Source: Amoebidium appalachense (Eukaryota; Protista; Ichthyosporea). From it: DNA of 64,000 nucleotides. The stretch is from NCBI GenBank assembly GCA_963693365.1, contig CAVNZM010000013.1, positions 6,543,785 to 6,607,784 on the forward strand. Reading direction: 5' to 3'. The position numbers and the translations under genes were made by a program. The notes under the pieces are model-generated. The model was not told the DNA's origin, did no database searches, and saw nothing but the letters and a program-made list of their open reading frames with translations. Position 1 is the stretch's first letter; each line of letters begins with the position of its first letter. This document shows positions 52,332-64,000 of this stretch, one piece after another.

Positions 52332-54118
52332 GGGGAGAGGGGAAGGATGGACAGGTGGGAGAGGGTGATGGAGGGGGGAGGGGGGTGTAGAGGTGGTGTT
52401 GGTGGGGAGGCATTGGGGGGAGGGGGAGGGAGGAGGGCGAGGGGGAGGGGTGGTCCATAGAATCTCACCTCAATGTCTTTGCTTGGAGCAACCAGGCGAC
52501 TGCTGATGTATTCTGCGCCAAGCAACCCTCTCTCCGTTGCAGGTTGGGCACGTGGGGTCATCTCTGACAGGTAGCGGGTGTGGACGGCAAACCCGGCACT
52601 ATCTCCTGGGTATGTTTGCTGGGTGGGGGTGGAAACGTGAGTGTGGAAGACAAGGGGAGTAAAGGGAGAGATATGGTGGGTGCGTGCGTGCGTGGGTGGG
52701 AGCATGGGTCGAGGGTGTGCGAGAGAGGGGCCGGGTTGATTGCCGGGTTGGTGGGTGGTGTGAGAAGGGGAGGATGGGCACCGCATTTGGCACCAAGCTT
52801 AATGGACGAAAGCTTTCATTGTTTTTTATGTATTAACAGACTATTCTGTATTCTGATGTTCATAGAATGTTTGTTTGTTTGTTTGTACATGTGTGTGCGC
52901 GTGCGTGCAACGCGTGTGTCCGAACGAAAGTGCACGTGCGTGCGCGCACGCGTGTGAGCGTGTGCACGTTTGCGAGCGTGTGCCCCATCGTCCAACTAAC
53001 ATTTCGCATGCATGACTTTAGGCAAGTCTTTTTCTTACATGATGAGTGTGAAGTTCTGTGAACCCTCATGTAAAAGTATGCACCTACAAGTAAAACTCCA
53101 TATTTTGCTCATGGAGTGTCCACACTAACATATTAATTCCTTTTTCCGCACTACTCCCGCAACAGAAATTCATTTTCCCAAACACTCCGCCTTGACCATA
53201 AATATAGCATCCCCCCCTCCCCCTCTCTCCCTCGTCCCCCCCCCCCCCCCTTCCCCCCTCCCCCCCAACCCCCTTTCCCCCGGGAATCTTGAAAATCGGA
53301 ATTTGGTTCGCACCTGCAATGTACCGTTGACATTCCACCCAACAACAATCCCCGTGGTTTCATCCACCACACACTGACCAATGACGCCCCTCTTTGTGTC
53401 TCCCACCGGCCAAACACCGATTCTCTGCACGTTACCAAGATAGGAAAAGAAGCGAATATCGTAGTTGTGTTGCTCGGAGCCAAAGTAGACGACACCGTGT
53501 GTGTCGTTGTGGAGGGCTGTAAGACGTTCGATGTGTGTCAGAGCAACGTTTTGCTGCCCGGAATTCTGCCTGCTGTTGTACATGTATTGGAGTTAGATAT
53601 ATGTGAGATATGAAGAATGGCAGATAGACACGGTATGAAACTATTTAGATAGAAAAGATGTCTTGCTGGCAAGTAAAACAATGAATATATACATAGCTCT
53701 AAATGATATGCATATATGCAGATTTGTAGATAAACAAGTTAGCTCCCAGCAGCATGCAGTACTGACACCACATGTGCTGGAAGAATACAAGTATATCTAC
53801 AAGGCATGCAGGATCACAGCCATGTTTCTTCAAAAAGGGAGGGCTAGGTTCAGGTTCTTAAAGACTTTGCAAGAGGAGAGTGTTAAAGCACTGAGGTGAG
53901 AAGGGACCAGGCAGCTAGGAGGAGGGAAAGGGGAAAAAGAAAGAAATAGATGTGGAGGGGGCAGTGTGTGTGTTTTCTTTGTGGTGGCAGGTGGGTATGG
54001 GGGAGGAAATGGAGAAGAAGGTATATGAGCCGGAGGAGGAGGGGGGAAGGGAGGGAGGAAGGGGTGGGAGTTGGGAAGGGGATGTGTGTGTGTCCACACC
54101 ATAAACGCCACGCGTGTA

Positions 54119-54199
<81 letters not shown>

Positions 54200-54659
54200 T
54201 GACAGCGAAGGCCCGACGGGGTGAGGGAGGAAGGACAAAGAGGTTGGGGTGTATGTTGCAATAGTTGAAACGGTGCCATTGATACGCACGGGGAAGGTGG
54301 GAGGAACCGGGGGGAAGTTGGGGGGGGGGGGGGGGGGGGGGGGGGGGAGGGGGAGGGGGGAGGAAGTGAGGGAACTGTCAAGCATTGGAGAAGCAGAAAG
54401 GGCAAGGCTCGGTGTCAGATGTTCTTGAGCACTAGATTAGGTAGCAGGAAGCGGGGCATTCAACCTAATGGCAGAACAAGAAACTGTGAATGGGTTTGGG
54501 AATGTGCTGATTGGTTGAATTTTTGATGTGTTTGGTCAATGTGTGCATATCATGAATGTGTAGGGTGGTTGTGGTTGCCGGTGTGGTATGCAATGTGAAT
54601 ATGCATGGTCGAAGATATGCCTACATTATGTGATGCATGTGAAAGTGTATTGGGAGTCG

Positions 54660-54735
<76 letters not shown>

Positions 54736-55850
54736 ATGTGTATGTGTGCTGGTGTGCTGAGCACTGTGTGTGCTCTGTACCGCTTGCTCTCCGCATCCCC
54801 GTTTGTTGCTGTGTTCACCACATGAAGCAACGAATAGTACTGCACCCCACTGTGTGCACAGGTACGTGTAAGTAGGAGCATCCACACTGCCCATCATCTA
54901 GCTAGAGAGGGAAGCCCCCCCCCCTCCCCCCCCCCCCCCCCCCCCCCCTCCCCCACCTCCTCCCTACCCCCCTTCTCTGGCTTCAACTTTACATCAACCG
55001 GATTATCCTCCCTCAACCAAATGATGATAAACTAAATCTAGGTAACAGCGCGGAAAGCTTTCTTCCTTTGGTACTTTAGAATTTCAGCCTTCCTTCCCCC
55101 TTTTGGGGAGTTCCGTGCAGTAATCCCCTCCCTCGCCAACCTCGTACCCTCCACCCACGGGTCCCCCCATCCGTCCCCCCCCTCCCCCCCCCCCCCCCCC
55201 TCCTCCTCCTCTCCTCGTCCCTCCCCCTTAACCCCCCTCCCCTCCCTCATTCTCCTCAAACAAACCCACTACCCAAGCACCTCACCTCCTCCCCTTTCAT
55301 CTCTTCGGTTAGAGACCTGCCCCGCCTGCCCCCCCCGTCCCCCCCCCCCCCCCTCCCCCCCCCCTCTCCCCCCCCGGGCCCCGGGAACGGCAAACCCTTC
55401 CACTGCCCCTCCCGACCTCACAACCCTCCCTCAAAAGCCCTTCCCAAACCACTCCCCCTCCCTCCCCCGGCCCCCAACCACTCCCTCCCCCTCCCCCCCC
55501 CCCCCCCCCCTCCTCTCCCCCCCTTCCCTTTCCCGTACAACTTCAACCACCTTCTGAGCCTTTCGTCCCTCTTCATCATTCTTTCGCTCCCCTTTCCTCC
55601 CCCCTCTCCCTCCCTCCCTCCCCAGACCGTCTCTCCCTGCCACTCCCCCTTTCCCCTCCCCCTCCCCTCCCCCCCCCCCAGCCCGTCCCCGTGTGTTTCA
55701 CCCCTCTATTCTGCCTTCAAACCCCCCCCCCCTCCCCCCAACCCCCCTTCCGGGTCCCCTCCTAACACCTGGATGGTGGTGCTGGTTGTGTTGTGAGTGG
55801 TGTTGGTATTGGTGTTGATGAAAGTTGGGCGGTTGGTGTAGGTGGTGTGT

Positions 55851-55894
<44 letters not shown>

Positions 55895-56656
55895 GAGTAC
55901 AGGGGCAGGGGGCGAGGGGGGGGGGGGGGGGGAGGGGGAGGGGGGGAGGGGGCTCTTCATGAGTTTAAATCAGAAATTCCCAACAACAGCAGCCAGGGCT
56001 CACCTCTGCCTGATCAGGGCCTCAGTGACGTCAGACCGTCCATCCTCCACCACCACCCAGTGCACGTTGGCTGCATGCGACAGCGTGTCTCCAAGCTCAA
56101 GCAGCTCACGAAGCTGGAAACAAGTGGGGGTTTAACACCGATACGGGGTTGATCCAACACCACAATAAAAAGGCGTGCAGCACTCTCCCACACACACGCA
56201 CACACAAAAACCAAAACAAATCTCACAAGCAAACCGCTCTCTCCCTCTTCCCCCCCTCCCCCCTTCCCCCCCTCCCCCCCTGGGCGGTGGGGCAAAAATA
56301 GAGAATTCGGGGAATACTGCAGTGTTCTAAATAGGTGTGTGTAGGTAGTGGTGTTGGCTACAGCTCAGGGACGAAACCTGGAAGAGGCATAAGAAGCACA
56401 AACGCACCATAGAAACATACATGAGGAACTTCGGGCACATTCACGCAAGTGTACACATATGCCCGAATACTGTAACGGAAACTCGTCATCCACACAAGAC
56501 GTTCACATAAAAAAGTATCTGCAAGAAACAAACTTTGTCCCACAGCCATCTCCCGACGCACAGAGATGCACACTCTGTTAACCTTATCCGAGTGGGAGAG
56601 GAGGGGGAAGGGGAAGGGGGTGGGGAGGGGGGAGAAGGAGGGGGGAGCCCGTGTGG

Positions 56657-56691
<35 letters not shown>

Positions 56692-57142
56692 GGGGAGGAG
56701 GAGGGGTGGGGAGGGGGATGGGGGGAGGGGGGGGGACATATATTTACATGTCTAATACAACCTCAACCGCCCTCAGACAAAATGCACTAAAACGAGATCA
56801 ATACACAGGCAGTAAATTTGCTACACAAGACAAACCTCTGTTCTCTTGGCCTAAATGCTATATACAGGCTGATTATAACTTACAGGTAGCAAATTCACTG
56901 TAGTGACGAGGTTTTTTCACATGGTGCCTACCTGTGTGTCTGGGGTCACAACGGTGACAAAATAGACCGTCTGGAGCCCTTCCTCTTGTATGCGGCGCAG
57001 GTGGTGCAGTGTAACCGTGGCTGCAGTATGAGTGGTCTCGTTAAATGGTGTGTTTCTCGAACGTATAACACGAACTCGACTACAAACTTCCCGTGGCATC
57101 TACGTCAGCTCCCATGCCGGCCATCCTTACCCCCCCCCCTCA

Positions 57143-57174
<32 letters not shown>

Positions 57175-58151
57175 CCCCTTCCCACCGGGCGCCCCCTCCC
57201 CTTTGCCCTATCACTGCTTAGTCTAGCTATGTTACCGAGGAACCGACTTTGTGTCTTCACTCCTTGACGCTATATGTTGTAGGCTATGGCTTCTTTTCTG
57301 TCAGATTCGAACTACCTAATCGGTAAATACCTGTGGATAAGGCCGTGCACGCGTGCACGTGTGTGTTTTTGTTGTGGGGGTGAGCGTCTGAGCGGGTGAA
57401 TGGATGCATAATGGTGGTGGTTGTTGGGTTGGAGGTTGTTTTTAGATGTGAAAAGTGTGTGTGTGTGTTGGGGGGGGGGGGATGTAGGGGGGGGGGGGGG
57501 AGGAGGGGAGGAGGAATGGTCATTGAGAGCAAAGCGCTACCGGGCCATTATTGATGACCCCAGGTGTGATGGTAAAGCAGTCGATGATCTGGTCCATGCA
57601 AAACGGCAGACCTGAGCACTCTTCCACACAGAACCCATTACTATGATAGGCCTTCGATGATAACAGCAGTGGATGAACATCCAATAAATCGCTGTTTGAG
57701 CAGAGGGACATTGAAGTAAAGTGTGAGACCAGACTAGATCTCCGCACAAGTAGAAAATGGGTGTGTTTATGCTCCTGGGGAGGATCTCTAACAAGTTATC
57801 GAAGTTGAACATTTGTTTTTGTTATTTTAAAGACTATCGCCACACGTTTCATGCTGGGGAAAAAAAAAAGGCTTAAAAGTGAAAGTTTGTATAAGAGAAA
57901 TACACTTCCAGAAGTAACCCAAGAACTCAACATAAATCTCGAAGCACAGATCCGCTCAACAGGCTTGGCTTACCTCGTGCAGTGTGTAGAACCAGCGACA
58001 CGAGAAATAGAGAGATGATGGAAGCAACCAAGACGATGACCCACCGCTTTGACCACAACCAGTTTTTTCTCTTTGCACGCGTGGTCGGGCTGGTACTTCT
58101 CTCCATCCCTCCTGGAGATAGGGAGTTGCGTGCGCTCGGGCTAACGCTCAT
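52150..58151 (-). CDS. Host GT43 (B3GAT/IRX9-like) glycosyltransferase-family gene, multi-exon; 3' end approximate
   Basis: Spliced exons give a type II TM anchor, TVYFVT, LGDTLSHAANVHWVVVED, QQNVAL, GVVYF, IGVWPVG and DSAGFAV, colinear with B3GAT3 motifs; splice phases are consistent. Confidence 0.8.
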
Positions 58152-59149
58152 GTTTGAGTCGTAGCAAGGAGGCGGGCAGCACAGCAGATGCCCCGTTCCG
58201 TGAAGCTTTTAATGATTCGGTGTGGGTCGGCTACGAAGCTAAATGGTTTACAAGCAAGAAAAAAAATAGCTCTTTGATCCCTGTAGCCTGATAGAAATCA
58301 TCACGGAGGTGACCCCCGCAAGTTCACTCGCACCTGCGTTCAACGAAGTGAAGTTCCAGCTCGTGATTTAAGAAAAGAGAAGCATTTCTACTCGTTCGTT
58401 CGCCTGTAAAGTGGGAATAGCTCTAGTTTTTGGGTGACACAGTTACATGTGCAAACTAAGAGAAATGTGGTGGTTACTGGGGAAGATGTGGATAAGTAAA
58501 AAGGCAACGGTTCAAGGGCAGGCCAGACAGACACACAGCTGCGATGTCGACGACAGCCGGAATCATTACTAAACTAATTATGCTATGAAGCGGTGAGAAG
58601 AGCTGAAAATAACGTGCAATCTGATTCGCGATACTGGCAGTGTAAGTTTGAAAGATTAGAGTAGCCAAAATACTAAAAAATAAAGAATAATTGTAATAGT
58701 CTCTAGTCATGGCTATACTTCTCTGCCGGCAAAGTTGAAGAATTCCTACCAGATGATGGCGGCATAGATAAGACCAGAACCAGCCAATCAGAGACCATTC
58801 CTTTGTTCACCATAGCAGAAAAGAATGGACACGTGCCGCGTGCCCCAAGCTATCACGTGTGCCTCATGTTGGCACAAGCACACACATTTTTGGAAATGAT
58901 CATGCAGGGAAAAAACAAACAACAAAAACACAAGTACCTAGGACCCCTACAATGTTTAGCTTGCAATTGTTTTGTTTTCCATCGCAGTATCCATGCGAAC
59001 ATGTTTGCTACTGGTAATGCACGATTGGGGCGCTGTACAGATGACTTCAATTTCGTAATTGGGTACATGTACAAGTGAGAGCTAGTGCCGCAAGTGCCTC
59101 GCTGAGTTGAATTGTAAGATAGCCAAGAGGAGAGAGAGAGGGGATGGAG

Positions 59150-59183
59150 GAGGGGGGGGGCGGGTAGGGTGGAGAAACAGAGA

Positions 59184-59220
<37 letters not shown>

Positions 59221-59256
59221 GAGAGAGAGAGAGAGAGAGAGAGCAGAAAGATATAT

Positions 59257-59317
<61 letters not shown>

Positions 59318-59381
59318 AAGAGAGAGAGAGAGAGAGAGAGAGAGACTGGGGGGGGGAGGGGGGGGAGAGAGGAGAGAGAGA

Positions 59382-59426
<45 letters not shown>

Positions 59427-59439
59427 GTGAGTGTGTGTT

Positions 59440-59476
<37 letters not shown>

Positions 59477-59669
59477 GTGCGTGTGCGTGTGCGTGCGTGT
59501 GTGCGTGCGTGCGCGAGCGCACGCGCGCGCGCGCGCGCGTGTGTGTATGTGTGTGGGAGTGGGAGTGGGTGATATCCTCTGTAACACACACACACACGCA
59601 CACACACAAACACAAACACACACACATGCGCGCGCGCACACACGCACACACGCACACACAAACAGTGTC

Positions 59670-59700
<31 letters not shown>

Positions 59701-59900
59701 GACAGACAGACCCGGAGAGAGGGGGGGAGGAGGGGGGGAGGAGTGTGCGCTCGAGAGCGAGCTGAGAGAAAGGAGAGAGGGCACTCAAAAGAAAGGGGGG
59801 AGGGGACGGGAGATGGGAGAGACAGAGAGAGAAAGGAGAGAGAGAAATAGAGAAAGGGAAGGGGGAGAGAGAGAAAGAGAGAGAGATAGCGAGAGAGAGA

Positions 59901-59933
<33 letters not shown>

Positions 59934-60158
59934 AGAGAGGGAGGAGAGAGTAAGAAAAGAGAAGAAATGTTGAGTGTGAGAGAGTGAGTAAGAGGGAGAG
60001 AGGGAAAGGGAGAGGGGGGGGGGGGGGGGGGAGGGAGAGGGAGAGAGGGAGAGGGAGCTCGAGAGGGAGGGAAGGAGAGAGAGAGAGGGAGAGAGAGAGT
60101 CACAGAGGGAGGGAGAGGGGAGGCAGAGGGGGGAGGGGGGGGGGGAGGGGAGAGAGTA

Positions 60159-60207
<49 letters not shown>

Positions 60208-60209
60208 GT

Positions 60210-60258
<49 letters not shown>

Positions 60259-60260
60259 CG
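59150..60260. repeat. Host low-complexity microsatellite tract (GA, TA, GT, CA, poly-G)
   Basis: Seen directly. Confidence 0.9.
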
Positions 60261-60571
60261 GTACCTTTTTAACGGGAATTAGTAAACTGAATAAAGTTAC
60301 AATCTATAGATATATCCGATTTGAACATCAATTGCAAATCCCCAGTATGTTGTACTACAACTTGCATCATGTGATCACAAGAGACTGGCTGTATGTTACA
60401 ATATGGCAGCTCTTTCCGAACGGCATGGAAATCTGGTCTATTTATGTATCTTCCGTCGACATCAGCTGCAGAAATACGACGCCAATATACTAAGTACTCA
60501 AATGTACAATGGAACGGGATGTGTATTCATGTTGGCGAAAGAGGGCGTGTGTGGATATGAACTGGGTTTGT

Positions 60572-60612
<41 letters not shown>

Positions 60613-61198
60613 CTGCAGGCCTAGGAGGCGGAAAGGGGATGGAAAAAAAAAAAAAAAAAAAAAAAAAAAGTCAAGGCCTGAGAGAGCTCGAGCCGAATTC
60701 GAATTCACACAGTGTAGGCGTGAGTTGTTTGATTATTCAGTTTGAGTCATCATGGCCGATGGTGGATTGGGGGGGGATGGTGGAATCTCCATACTACAGA
60801 CACAGAGACACAAGTGCACGACGAAACGCATTACATGGATATGGGGGAAAAGTTTTCCCTTTCATTCGATACTTCAAAGGCAAGGCAAATCAGCGGATCA
60901 TGGTTAAACGCTAACCTTTGGTATGCCTACTTGTAGATGCCGACAAACATCGTGGACATTTAACACTTTTTCACAGGCTCGTACGCAATCAAAGAAATTC
61001 AGTAGTTTTAAAATCCTTTCGATATTCTAGTAAAATTACTCCTCGTGAATTAAGTTCTTAAAAAACAACTAAGAAAGTAGGAATATTATTGTACCATCGT
61101 TAAGCCGATTATCCAAGAATGTATTGCTGAGTTTTACACACTTGGCTAGATTCGGCGGAAACAACTTGGGAAACACCACGTCTTGACCACCTCCACAT

Positions 61199-61233
<35 letters not shown>

Positions 61234-61235
61234 AG

Positions 61236-61284
<49 letters not shown>

Positions 61285-61354
61285 ACCCACCCACCCACCC
61301 ACCCACCCACACCTACTACTTGCCACCCAGCACCACCTGCACTCCATCCCGCCC

Positions 61355-63470
<2,116 letters not shown>

Positions 63471-63883
63471 GGGGGCCGGGCGGGGGGAGGGGGGGGGGGA
63501 GGGGGGGGGGGGGGGAGGGGGGGAGTGTTAGAATGAGGTACAGTGCGCAAGTGCACATGAATGACAAAAAATAAAGCACTTACGTACGTGTGTGTTAGTA
63601 AGTGTCGGTGTGTGTTTGTGATGAGTGTGTGTGTGCCCTACACTCGTGGGAGTGCATGCACGCATACATAGATCTGGGCATACGTTGGGACTGGTGCCCA
63701 CATGCTTACCAATGCCATAGCGTATGGTTGCATGTGTAACGCACATCTCCACTGCGAGCTAATATTTTAATAAAAGAAAAAAAAAAATGACCCGGATGCA
63801 AGGGTACAGTTGCTAGAATGGGTAAGAGGCGCGCGAGTGTGGTTTACGTGCATAGTGCTAGCCGTGTGTGTGTGTGGGTGGGT

Positions 63884-63965
<82 letters not shown>

Positions 63966-64000
63966 GTGTGTATTTGTGTTGTGTATGCGTGTGTGTTGGT

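Overview
The window spans a junction between an endogenous giant-virus-like element (Nucleocytoviricota-type; about 1-48,854) and eukaryotic host DNA (about 48,855-64,000). Bases 1-35.5 kb are gene-dense and nearly intronless. They encode an A22/RuvC Holliday-junction resolvase, a D5-like SF3 helicase, an A16/G9-like entry protein, two penton-like proteins, a NUDIX hydrolase, an aquaporin, KilA-N/MSV199/Bro-like DNA-binding proteins, two putative clan-CE proteases and four PD-(D/E)XK nuclease paralogues. Bases 35.5-48.4 kb are a repeat-rich subterminal zone carrying a spliced KDM4-like JmjC demethylase and a viral-type C3H zinc-finger gene. The element ends in a ~391-bp GC-rich near-perfect palindrome with a 7-nt bulge (48,464-48,854), which I read as an opened hairpin telomere joined to host DNA. 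Beyond it are microsatellite-rich host genes, including a multi-exon GT43 glycosyltransferase lacking its catalytic motifs. All family calls come from motif recognition by eye; no searches were run. Several frameshifts fall in homopolymers and may be sequencing errors.
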